Below, one piece after another: positions 1 to 10,275 of a DNA stretch of 58,109 nt. The stretch comes from Fimicolochytrium jonesii (lineage: Eukaryota). The stretch lies in the NCBI RefSeq assembly GCF_025526975.1, contig NW_026515670.1:1736001-1794109 (forward strand), read 5' to 3'. Every line of letters begins with the position of its first letter. The stretch's first letter is position 1. The notes under the pieces are model-generated. The model was not told the origin of the DNA, made no database searches, and saw only the letters and a program-made list of their open reading frames with translations. A program made the translations under genes and the position numbers.

Positions 1-131
1 ATGGTCATTCCTATGCAACACGACAAGTCTATTATAATCTTCAAAGGGAGAAGAACGAAGGCTCATCTAATGATGATGCGATGGATATTGACGATCTTAA
101 TGACAATTTGGATCTAGATGACAAGTTTTGA
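1..131 (+). CDS. C-terminus of a gene entering the window; possible tyrosine recombinase
   Basis: Frame from position 3 reads GHSYATRQVYYNLQ...DDKF* (TGA 129-131). GHS-x2-T-x3-Y resembles the tyrosine-recombinase box II motif, followed by an acidic tail. Only 42 codons are visible. Confidence 0.4.
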   Translation, partial: GHSYATRQVYYNLQREKNEGSSNDDAMDIDDLNDNLDLDDKF

Positions 132-159
132 AAACCTATTATCCATTTTGCTCTTCATA

Positions 160-1377
160 CTAGGCTATGGCCTCCCGTGCATTTTCGAGATTTCCTTCAT
201 CTTCCCAAGTTGATTGAGACGCATCATAACCACTCCATAGAACCTTGTACTGCTTTATCCTTCTGTTGCCTCTACGTACTACTCTTGAATCAAGTATCGA
301 ATCAATTTCGTATTCGTCGTTTTCATTGGGATCTGGCTGTGAAGCCATGTTGGGTACGTTGACGGTCCCTGATGGAACCAAGCAAAGATCGTTGGCCGAT
401 ATTAAACCGGGAAGTCTTGTTCCATCCATTCTGTTTAATCTATACGATGAAACATAACCTGCATAATTACTTTGCACTTTCCCTGCAATTCTATAAGTTT
501 GTGACGAGAAATACCCCACTTTTGCGCGTCTTTTAATGCCACTTGGTAACGGTATTATCTTTCTTACAACATCTCCCACCTTAAATTCATTCAAAACTGT
601 TGATTTCACCCCTTTCAATTTCTTGTTCCGTATGCGATCAAAAATGGCTTCATGTTCATCTTGTAAGATTTCATTTGAAGCCTTCCCTGTGGCATACGTT
701 TTCGTGTTGTTTAAATTATCTATGAGTTTTTGAAGATAATTTGGCCAATCCCGTTTTCCGAATCGGATCGAGGAATAGATCAGATTTTTTATATTTTTGT
801 TAACAGATTCAATCTGTCCTTGACCTTGGGGGACTCCGGGTTGTCCAAACTTCCACTCCACGTTATTCGAGTCGGCCCACTCTTGTACCTGACCTTGAAA
901 TTCCGTACCTACATCGGATGTGAAACTTACTGATACAGCGCCATCCCGTTTCATTGTTTCTAGAAACTTGACAACAGTGGCTTGATCTTGTGTTTTCATC
1001 GCCATACTATACACTTTTTTAGTGAGAATATCCGAAGCATTGACCGAATACTTGTACCCATTGTATGCTATTGCCGTCAAATTTATACAATCAATCTGGT
1101 AATTTCCTTCCTTTCTGGCCAAAATCGGTTTTATCGAGCCTCGGGATCCCATAACTTTTGTAGACCTCTGCCAAATCTCTTGCTTCTTGAGAAAGTCGTT
1201 AAGAAGGGTTCTTTGCGAAATCCTACGAGTTGGAAATGCTTTTCTATATGCATACCACAATTTGTCTCGTCCTAGAAAGTTTTGATTCTGATAGTAAAAC
1301 TTGGTGAGGTTCCGGAGATCCTCCGGAGTGATGGGGTCATATCTGAGAGATGAAGGGCCTTTGTTGTCGGAGTCCAT
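160..1377 (-). CDS. Retroviral-type (rve, DDE) integrase with C-terminal chromodomain
   Basis: Catalytic motifs YQIDC, TSDVGTEF and QIESVNKNIK. Chromodomain EYEIDSILDSR...YKVLWSGYDASQSTWE. First ATG at 1377 (MDSDNK). The TAG at 160-162 may be premature, since the frame continues YEEQNG* to 139. No gag, RT or LTR is associated. Confidence 0.92.
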   Translation of the reverse strand: MDSDNKGPSSLRYDPITPEDLRNLTKFYYQNQNFLGRDKLWYAYRKAFPTRRISQRTLLNDFLKKQEIWQRSTKVMGSRGSIKPILARKEGNYQIDCINLTAIAYNGYKYSVNASDILTKKVYSMAMKTQDQATVVKFLETMKRDGAVSVSFTSDVGTEFQGQVQEWADSNNVEWKFGQPGVPQGQGQIESVNKNIKNLIYSSIRFGKRDWPNYLQKLIDNLNNTKTYATGKASNEILQDEHEAIFDRIRNKKLKGVKSTVLNEFKVGDVVRKIIPLPSGIKRRAKVGYFSSQTYRIAGKVQSNYAGYVSSYRLNRMDGTRLPGLISANDLCLVPSGTVNVPNMASQPDPNENDEYEIDSILDSRVVRRGNRRIKQYKVLWSGYDASQSTWEDEGNLENAREAIA

Positions 1378-1646
1378 CTTTCGTTTATCAATTGACCACA
1401 AATTAATGTTGTAGTCAATTTTTTTGTCATTGTTTGGTAAAAAATTGAGAAAAATACCTGAATCTTTTCTCGGGCATGAGCGCTCAGTCAAGAGGTCATA
1501 CTATATAGGCAAGATTCGAAAAGCCCGATAATGCACAACCCAAAATAATAAAATGGCTCAGGAGTTTGGTCGCGCAGAAGATGTCTTTGTTGCTCAACTC
1601 GGAGAATAGTTTTTCGTCTTATTCAGGACGGAAATCTTGGAAATCT

Positions 1647-1856
1647 TCAAGCGGTCTTTTTCCGCCTAGTGCCTTTAGGTTTTACCTGGTCGTCTAAACT
1701 CTTCTGTACCAATGCTTCTGCCATTTCCTTTTGTAAGGATTCGAGTATTTCTTTTCTGGAGTTTTCGTTAACGTCTAACCAAAGGCGATCTTGGGAAAGC
1801 GCTGCTAAAACCGTGTCATACGTTTCTTTTGTTACAGTATCTGGTATAAAGAACAT
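1647..1856 (-). CDS. Small viral hypothetical protein (69 aa, basic C-terminus)
   Basis: ATG-initiated ORF packed 21 bp behind the ATPase on the same strand. Confidence 0.55.
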   Translation of the reverse strand: MFFIPDTVTKETYDTVLAALSQDRLWLDVNENSRKEILESLQKEMAEALVQKSLDDQVKPKGTRRKKTA

Positions 1857-1877
1857 TTCTATTCAAAAACCAACAAT

Positions 1878-2588
1878 TTAAAAAAAGTGGTGAAACCCGT
1901 CTTTGTCGCAATACCGGTACATCGTTCGCGCATCATCCGCTGCCAAATTCACATATGCAAACGAATACGGCTCCTTTGTGCTTTCGGTAAGATACGATAG
2001 AACTTCTTTTTTTGTTTTGAACGCACTTGTCAATAATTTTGCCAAAGATTCCATATCCTCCGAATTATTCTTAAAGATTATGAACTCTGTTGTGTTGTTC
2101 TTCATCTTTCGAGTCAGTTGACCGCTCACGGACTGGATGCACACCATGGTGGAGCAGAGAAAGTGGCGTCCTTTCGTATAAAGTTTAGACAACTCTTTGT
2201 TTAACTCTTTCCCTTGAGCATTGTCTCCAGCGTCGTCAATATACAACAGCAAGGACTTTCCGCTTTCCGCCAGCAACTTTTGATCCTCCAGAATCTCGGC
2301 TATCATTGCATTATTCACTTCGTCAGTGAAAAAGATGTTCCTGTGCTTAGTGCTCTGTGCCAATTGTTTTATGCTCTTATCGTACAAGACTGTATCTGAC
2401 ATTATTATCACTCTGTCAAACACTTTTGCATAAACATCTTCAATCAATCCACATACAAGAGCGGATTTCCCACTTTTGCGCGGTGCGATAAGTGTACTAC
2501 ATATGGGAGGAGCCTGAATGTCGATCGGAATGATTTTGTTTCGAACCTCGTTTTTCTTCGGAAAGATTGGTTTTGGTTTGTAAGACAT
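1878..2588 (-). CDS. A32-like (FtsK/HerA superfamily) genome-packaging ATPase
   Basis: Walker A APRKSGKS, Walker B LLLYIDD, arginine-finger motif KGRH, then CIQS. The 236-aa size is typical of PLV/virophage/NCLDV packaging ATPases. Confidence 0.92.
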   Translation of the reverse strand: MSYKPKPIFPKKNEVRNKIIPIDIQAPPICSTLIAPRKSGKSALVCGLIEDVYAKVFDRVIIMSDTVLYDKSIKQLAQSTKHRNIFFTDEVNNAMIAEILEDQKLLAESGKSLLLYIDDAGDNAQGKELNKELSKLYTKGRHFLCSTMVCIQSVSGQLTRKMKNNTTEFIIFKNNSEDMESLAKLLTSAFKTKKEVLSYLTESTKEPYSFAYVNLAADDARTMYRYCDKDGFHHFF

Positions 2589-2611
2589 TAATTCTCTTAC
2601 CTTATTACTAA

Positions 2612-3331
2612 ATGTATTCAGAAATTTTATACTCTAGCGTCTCCCAACATACATACAACATCCAACCTGGACGGATCGAGGCTTTCAAAATACTGAGCGT
2701 TTCTTTTCTTCAAGATTGGGATCTGGTTGAAAATAACGTGAATGATACTATCGCATTTGCCCAACAAGGTTCGGATACCATCTTGTACGCAAAGATCCCA
2801 AATGGTAATTACTCGATCGTTGACTTCCCAAACGCTGTATCCACCGCTATGAATAGCGCGGCTGGCTCTAATGTATACTCTGCTACGTTCGATGGTGTTA
2901 GACGCAAGTTAACGGTAAATAGCAACTCGGTTCCTTTTAAGATCCTCCCTGGCAATCGCGGGTCAACAGCCTATATTCTTATGGGAATGTCTTGTCGAGC
3001 CGATATTGGCTTCAGTTCCTCTCACGAGATGAAGAATCCTGTCAATTTAAGCGGTTCATATCCTGTCATTTTGACTTCCAACATTCAATGCAAAGGCACT
3101 CAGTACCTTACTGATTATAACGACAGCACTCAATCAATCTGTTGCAGTATCGTACCTGATAGTTTTGGGGACATTGTACAATATGAAAATTCAGGCGAGT
3201 TTCTTCCCGTTGGACAGACCATATCTCAAGCCGAGTTTCATCTTATCAATTCCCTTACCGGAACAGAAGTATCATTGAATTCTCCTTTAAGTGTCAGATT
3301 CGCCATTCTAGACGATGTAGACGATCTCTGA
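2612..3331 (+). CDS. Putative minor capsid (penton, single jelly-roll) protein
   Basis: 239 aa, beta-strand rich, with an IPNGNYS...F..AV motif like the IP.G.Y motif of Polinton/PLV minor capsids. Lies between the ATPase and the putative major capsid gene. Confidence 0.7.
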   Translation: MYSEILYSSVSQHTYNIQPGRIEAFKILSVSFLQDWDLVENNVNDTIAFAQQGSDTILYAKIPNGNYSIVDFPNAVSTAMNSAAGSNVYSATFDGVRRKLTVNSNSVPFKILPGNRGSTAYILMGMSCRADIGFSSSHEMKNPVNLSGSYPVILTSNIQCKGTQYLTDYNDSTQSICCSIVPDSFGDIVQYENSGEFLPVGQTISQAEFHLINSLTGTEVSLNSPLSVRFAILDDVDDL

Positions 3332-3385
3332 CCGCACCTATGTTCCTCTTAAATATTTTGTTTTCTTTATAAAAACTCGTGTTAA

Positions 3386-3868
3386 ATGAGCGAAGATCCA
3401 AATCATTCGAGTGCCTCTGCCGATTCTCCTGCCAATACTGAAACGGTACAAGAATCTGTACAAGATTCTATACCGGAGATTCGACCACCTTCACCAAAGC
3501 CAGAGTCAAAACCTAAAAAGCAAAGAACACCCGCACAGGAAGCGGCTTTAAAGAAAGCCGTTGCCACACGGAAAAAAAACTTGCAAGAATTGTCCGCTAT
3601 GAAGAAAAAGGAAAGCAAAGATAGAAAAATCCAAGAAGCGAAACAACTTCTTGAAAAGGAGAAACTCGCAAAGAAATTGGCGAAAGAGGAAAAGGCTAAA
3701 TTAAAGCCGCAAACATCACAAACCGCTAAACGGGCACGTTCAATCAAAGTTCCACATAATGAACTGACTGCAATTCGGTCAAAACCAAGTCAAGAAACTG
3801 AATATGTTGAGTTTGACACTGACTACGTCGATGATGGCTACAATGATTATGGTGGAATTTATGGCTAA
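3386..3868 (+). CDS. Lys-rich coiled-coil viral protein (possible DNA-binding core protein)
   Basis: 160 aa with a K/E/A-rich helical middle and acidic, Tyr-rich C-terminus; TAAATG start context. Function is inferred only. Confidence 0.65.
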   Translation: MSEDPNHSSASADSPANTETVQESVQDSIPEIRPPSPKPESKPKKQRTPAQEAALKKAVATRKKNLQELSAMKKKESKDRKIQEAKQLLEKEKLAKKLAKEEKAKLKPQTSQTAKRARSIKVPHNELTAIRSKPSQETEYVEFDTDYVDDGYNDYGGIYG

Positions 3869-3894
3869 TTTTTTTTTTGTACTTATTAGTAAAC

Positions 3895-5142
3895 ATGTCT
3901 GTACCTAACAACTGGCTGTTTGCTACGAAAACTTTCTCCCGCCCGTACAGCGACCCTCGTGGCGAAGGAGTGGCTACTTTTTCGCCTTCGGGTCAAAATG
4001 TGTATTCTACGAAAACGCGTCAGTTGACACCTATTAGAATCCAATGCGATTCCAATTCTGTCTCGTTCATTTTACAAAAGTTGATTCTTTCGATGGACGT
4101 CACGGCTTTGAAGAATAATGCTCCTGTATCTGGGTCTGGAATCGTTAATACCAAACTTGGTATCGAATCTATCATACAATCGCTCACAGTTAAAGCAGGT
4201 AACGAAACAGTTGTTCCGATCCCGAATTATCCTGCGTACCTTGTACAAACGTACAGAAATATGAGTAAAGGCCATAAACAACTACTTGGAAATCTGACCG
4301 GTTATGGTTCCACTGATATGTTCAGCGGAACTGCTACAGCCAGCGTTAGTATGCACCCATGGATAGGATTTTTTCACCCAACTAACGATCAATTTTTGCC
4401 CGTGTGGGCACTCCCGAATCAGGCCATGACCATCGAGTTGGTACTTGCAGATCCCAATACGGTTTTTACATCTGCTGGAGTAGTTGACGAACTTCAAATC
4501 AGCAACATTCCGCTTGCTTAGTGCCTTACGTTACTCCTCCTCCGTCGATCGTTGTTAATGCTACAAGAGCGATTGCTGATGGGAAGAGTATCTACTATGA
4601 TTATGTTTCGCGCCACTATAACATGAGAATGCATGTAGCGGTGGCTTGAGAAATACTTTCAACCTGCATATGTCAGGGGTTAGATCCCTTATCGGATTGG
4701 AAATGTCATTTATAGACGATGATGTGCTTGCAGATCAAACTAAGGACAAGTCACAATCATTCTCGTCTCAAAATCTAAGAGAATGGCGGCTCCAATTAGG
4801 ACCAAATGCGACAATTCCAAGCGGTCTAACTGGTTTTACTCACGGGCCTTATGATCGTCAAACGCTTCTTGTTTCCCAACTGAGCAACAACGACTTTGAG
4901 CAACTTCGCTGATATGGACATTTCATTCAAAGATTATGATACCGCAAATTTCTCGTTTTCTTACGGTTTTGAAGACAAATCCGAAGGAAGCTGGGGCCGC
5001 TTTGAGTTTTACGGGAACCGACTCCATACTTCGAGTGCACACCGTACATGCATCGCCCTCACCTAGTCAACGAGTTAGGCTTCTCAGTACATATCATGAG
5101 AATGTTACCTTGGCAATCGGGGATGTAGTCAGTGTGATATAA
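3895..5142 (+). pseudogene. Putative major capsid protein (double jelly-roll), about 415 aa, broken by about 4 frameshifts
   Basis: Starts MSVPNNWLF and contains IESIIQSLTVKAGNETVVPIPNY (PLV MCP-like) and FLPVWAL...TIELVL. Frames can be stitched near 4510, 4610-4620, 4905 and 4995 (CLVPYVTP...YYDY / ENACSGGLRNTFNL...SGVRSLIGL / ADMDISFKDYDTANFSFSYGFE / ALSFTGTDS...VVSVI*). Confidence 0.72.
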
Positions 5143-5340
5143 TGCGTCTCAATCTTCTCCTTTTCGGGTGTCGTTCCCTGTTCTGATATCTTGATCCTTT
5201 ACTTTCTCGTAAGAGTGAGAAGTGAAATAGTCTCATACACATTTCATTTGTCACTCTTACGAGAACCAACTTGTTCTTTAATTGTACCGATGTCCACAAA
5301 AATTCCCGACCCAACTTCTTTCATTATCAATCCTAACACA

Positions 5341-5640
5341 TCATTCGATTGTCCCACCTTGTATTTTATCTAAGAAATCCTGACCTTGTCTATTAATCTC
5401 ATCGAGTCTCTGAATCCCCTTTGTTGCAGTGGAATCCACTCGACGCGACGTTTCTTTGATCTTCTCATTGAACAAAGGACTATCCTGGACGGCATTGTTA
5501 ACGTTTGTGATAAACTTTGCGCTTTTATGTCCCACCTTCACAGCGTTGTTTGCAAATGAACGCGCCTTGTGATAATAACTTGGAGCATTGGTTATAAAAG
5601 TATTCGCTTTTTCTTTCAGATTGTTCAAGAAATTTGCCAT
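5341..5640 (-). CDS. Small helical viral protein (99 aa)
   Basis: ATG at 5640 (MANFLNNLKEKA); amphipathic; head-to-head with the gene at 5689. Confidence 0.6.
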   Translation of the reverse strand: MANFLNNLKEKANTFITNAPSYYHKARSFANNAVKVGHKSAKFITNVNNAVQDSPLFNEKIKETSRRVDSTATKGIQRLDEINRQGQDFLDKIQGGTIE

Positions 5641-5688
5641 GTCTGTTATTGTACATAGCACAGAATTAAATTTGATGTCTTTAGATAA

Positions 5689-7191
5689 ATGGCATTCTAC
5701 AAAGCAAACGTGCTGGAATTCCAAGGGATCAACAGGTCAAAAGGAATCCCAAATCTCCAGCGTCACCAAATCGGACGAGCCCTTGACTATAATAATCTAG
5801 ATGAGAATGGAAGGCCAGATGTCGTTTATTCGTGGAATAGAAACATCCACGACAAAGATCTTGCAACCAAAACACATTATGTCAAACCAGTTTATGAAGA
5901 GCGTGTTTCCAGCGCCGAAATCCTCCGGTTATCTGCAAAACAGCACTATACGCAAGCGTACAAAGATGGTCTAGAATATATCAAAGCCGAGAAGGACTAT
6001 CGCACTAAAGAACGCTATCTGGATGGCGTTACACCATCTCGGCGAAACAAGACCGTCACAATTGGGACAAGCACATCGACGAGTGGCCTTCCCGTCCCCG
6101 ACACGGAAGGTAGGGTGTATAACTATGATGCGCAAACAACCGCACAAACCGGATTGATGTTCGAAGCACCTGCTAATCTACATGAAGTCCCAGATTTGCC
6201 AAAGAATGTGTCCGGTCAACGTGTCCACCCAGTTATAATCACGCACGAAAACGAGATCGTTGTTGATAACCTTACTGGAGCAGCCCAAGTCAAAACCGGA
6301 AGTTCCTCTGTTCTTAAAGCACCTGTTGTAAGCAATTCTCTTGATTATCAAGAGCCAATGATGCCCGGATCGTTTCCTAATATGATTGGAAAAGATGAAG
6401 TTAAAATCGAAAATAACAAACCTCCGGAGATCAATATTGGGAATGTAAGAACAGAAAGCAAACCAGAAATCGCTTTGACCACCATCAGCGACCCGAATAA
6501 GGTTGAGGAACTCTTATCAAAAACACAAGTTACTAGTAATCTCGTTCGAACCCCTGGGAAGACGCCTATTGGAAATGTGAGGAAAGATCGTCGTTTTGAT
6601 CCGACCAAACGAAGAATAAAGGACAGATTAGAAGACTCACTATTGCAATCCACACTTAACAAGCAGGAATTGGTAGGATTTTCTGATGGAATTAACATTG
6701 AGGTACACAATGATGGCGCAGCAAGACGGAGATTGTCTGCACTCGCCAAAGACACCACAATCCCATCACCAAGACCTCAAGCCTGAATCGGTGCTCGCAG
6801 TGACGAGTTAACCATTAATCCCGCTGTTAAACGGAAAGCGGAGGTTTCTCTAAGAAAGGAACCGTCATCAAAGCGATGAAAGATTGATGATGCAGACGAA
6901 ATTCAATTGGTAGATCCAAAAGTTCTGGAACGATCTAGAATGCATCGGATAGTTCAAGCAAATCTTGGAGTTGAGACCATTGTTGATCCAATGGCTTCCC
7001 TTGTTACAAAACATGAAAAAGCCTCATTTTTGCGTCCTATCGCAAATCTACGCGGAAAGGAAAGAATCGATTATGCGATTCCTCCAACATTTACCGTCTC
7101 GGATGTTGAACCTAGTGTAAGCATCCGAAAACGCCCAACAAAAACGCAACAAATGCCCACTCGACCTGTTAAAAAGGTTAGAATTAACTGA
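5689..7191 (+). pseudogene. Viral hypothetical protein of about 500 aa interrupted by two in-frame TGA codons
   Basis: ORFs 5689-6786 and 6907-7191 share a frame. The intervening sequence reads PQA*IGARSDELTINPAVKRKAEVSLRKEPSSKR*KIDDADEIQLVDP. Confidence 0.65.
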
Positions 7192-10077
7192 ATTTAAGGA
7201 TTTACATTCAGTGACCAACGCGCTTCAAGTTGTCGTAATCTGTGCCATTTGGGCTTCCAATTATGTTCAATATCTTTTTTTGTAATGCATTGAATATAAT
7301 AGAATGTCTGGATTAAACAGCAGAAATTCGAGCGGTTTGCGAAATTTAAACGATACGCTGTTGAACAGCCCGTATGTTTCCAGAAATATGAAAGCCCTTA
7401 GTGGAGACACAAAACTCTCCGGATTTCATTCAGCCGAGGTGAAGACGCTCTACAACCAAAACGGCGAATTAAAAATCAACGACCTTGTTGACAGCAAAGA
7501 TGCTATTATTCATAAGACCAACGGAACCGCATCTGTTGAAGTAATCCCTGACAATATGAAATTTCCACTGGAAAGGAGTTACGGAAGCCGAACTGTTTCC
7601 CTTGTAACAAACCTGCCTCTTGGAGTAAGTCAGGACGGTCTCAATTTGTTCCACGATCAGACTCTTTCAGTGAGCAATGAAGGTCTGACTGTAAATTTTC
7701 CCCCGCCTGATCTGGAAAATCTTCAAGAACCCTTGTCAAGAGACGATGAAGGACTTAAATTGCATTTTGATGATTCATTGGAGGTCAATAATGGGAAATT
7801 GGCCGTTATCAAAGAGTCTTTCATAAGTCCTTTGACGCGTGACGTACAAGGAGTCTATCTGGATATCGACTCCACATTGAAAGTTGAAAACAGTCAGTTG
7901 TCAGTTGTTCAAGAAAATGTTGAAGCGATTGTTAACGAGGCTGTTCGAGTAGAAGTTCCGCTTTCAAAAGATGCAGATAAGGCAATCTGCCTCGATTATG
8001 GGAAAGGGTTGAAAGTAAACGATGAAGGGAAATTGGAAACCGACGTTGATACAGTGATTGTTGGACGAGGGGCGATAAGCAATGATAAAGCAGGAAGTAT
8101 TGCACTCGATGACCTTCTAGAGACCGGTTTCGATTCTCTAGCGGACTTTCTGGGATCAGAAACTGATGTTGATACAACTGTTGTGCGTTTAAAGACATCT
8201 GATGATTTCCAACAGACTGGGAACAAATTGGCTATCCGCTCGAAAGGTATGGGACAGGTTCCATTCTACTCGGCTTTAAGCGGGTTGAATGGAGACAGTA
8301 GTTTTACGTATAATGAAACGTTGAACGAATTACACGTTCCGCATATATACGTTAATCCGGACTTTGACCCTGATAATAACCAAGTACCTTCAACTGCCTA
8401 CGTGGAGCAACTGTATCAAAGTGATTCAGGCTCACCCATTGATATCTCTGGAGTCAGTTCTGGAAGACGGACCATTGGCTTGCGAACAGATGCGACATTA
8501 GCAGTCAAGAATCAAGTTCTTGGAGTAAACGTAAGTCCGCTGGTGGACAATAAAGGTGTGAGGGTTATTGATGGGAAGATTGGAATAGGTTTAACTTTCC
8601 AACCAGGTAATGGTGGATTGAAGATCGAGAATCAGAATCAAGTGAAACTCGCACCTACAGTTACCGGTGCGGTTACCTTCGATGGGAATAACACGTTTGG
8701 TGAGAAAATCACAGCAAGTAATGGAGTCAAGCGTGTGGAAAATGACCTTCAACTCGATCTTCAAGCGGGGGATAATACCGTGACGGTAACTGGCAATTCG
8801 ATTAAGGGCGCATATACAGGATCTAATGGAGTGTCAGTTACGGGAAACACTATTTCCGGGGCCTACACCGCCGGAAACAATATCAGTATAAGTGGATCGA
8901 CAATATCATGTACATACCAACCAGAACCAGAAACGCCAAATGTACTAACTGGAACGTTGCCTATCATCGTAACTGGAGCAGATAAGGAGTATAACATCGC
9001 AAAACAACCTTTAGTCATAACGGGCGGAAGTGGCATTTTGGTAGTGGGCTCGGAGGAGACCGGCTTCAATATTTCTTCCATACAGTCCTACAAGAACAGG
9101 AAAGAAGATGATGATCCGGAAGAGAAAGACGAAACCTCAGAGCCCAGTGGAGAATCTGATCCTTTAACTGTTTCCGGAACCAACCCCGTAGTCTCCGTCA
9201 CTGGTCCCCTTTCTACCATCCTTGGAGGCGCAATTGGCCTCATTGGGCCTGCGGCTGGCACTCCATTTGCCACATCTGCTATCGGTAGCGTCGGGGGTCT
9301 TCTTGGAGGACCTGCTGCAGCAGCCGGAATTATTGGTGGTTTCATCGCTGCGAGTGGTCGAGAAAGAAAGAACCAGAAAGACGCAAATGGTAACAATGTA
9401 GTGGATTCAAAGGGAAACCCCGTTCCAGATCCAAACGGCTCACAAGTTATCATTGCAACTTTCCCTAAAACAGATGATACATCCTGTGATGTTACGAGAT
9501 TACTTTTTGACACTCCACCTTCATGTTCGTATCTTGGCATTGCAGGAGAGGTCCCACAGCAGGAAATCAACTTGGATATGCTACGTCAATACGACTCTAC
9601 AATAATACAGCCAACTTACTCTAATTTGATCAGTCAGAATACAAGTCTTCTTCAAACTGCCATCGATAGTAAAGTCGCAAAAACGGATACCATTCCGTAT
9701 GCAAAAATAACAAATGCTCCAGATCTCACCATCTACGAGAAGAAATTAACATTTGCTGGACCTATAATTTCCAGAGATACATCTAACACCGTTTTGGTCA
9801 ATACCGGAAACATCACTACTCTTGGGACACTCACATCTCTTAACGTAACAGGCGCTTTGACCGCCGGCTCCAGAAGCAGTCCTACCTTGACAAATTATCT
9901 TACAACAGCAAATGCAGCCACAACGTATCAACCACTTAATGCTCGTCTTACAAATTTTGGGAACATTGCACCGACAAATACGTACATGCTTATCGCAAGC
10001 GGAGGCAATTCATTCAGTATTCCCCAGCAGACGTTCGTGCGAATCTCTCATTAAAGAATCTGAGTTTGCTCGATACT

Positions 10078-10275
10078 TTAGACTACACTAGTTCGGCGTT
10101 GGTGAACAAACCTACGCTTGGTTCACTTGCAGCACTTAGCAGTATAGATTACACTTCGGCTTTACTTACGAACAAGCCTACACTTGGTTCGCTTGCAGCC
10201 CTTAGCAGTATTGACTATGCTTCGGCTTTACTTACAAACAAGCCTACACTTGGCAGTTTGGCGGCTAAATCCGTT
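10078..10275 (+). repeat. Three tandem 66-nt (22-aa) repeats in the fibre gene
   Basis: LDYTSSALVNKPTLGSLAALSS / IDYTSALLTNKPTLGSLAALSS / IDYASALLTNKPTLGSLAAKSV. Confidence 0.9.

Noticed and set aside
160..1491. Integrase as a remnant of an LTR retrotransposon
   Set aside because: No adjacent RT, RNase H, gag or LTR. It has its own start and lies within the viral gene block with matching composition.
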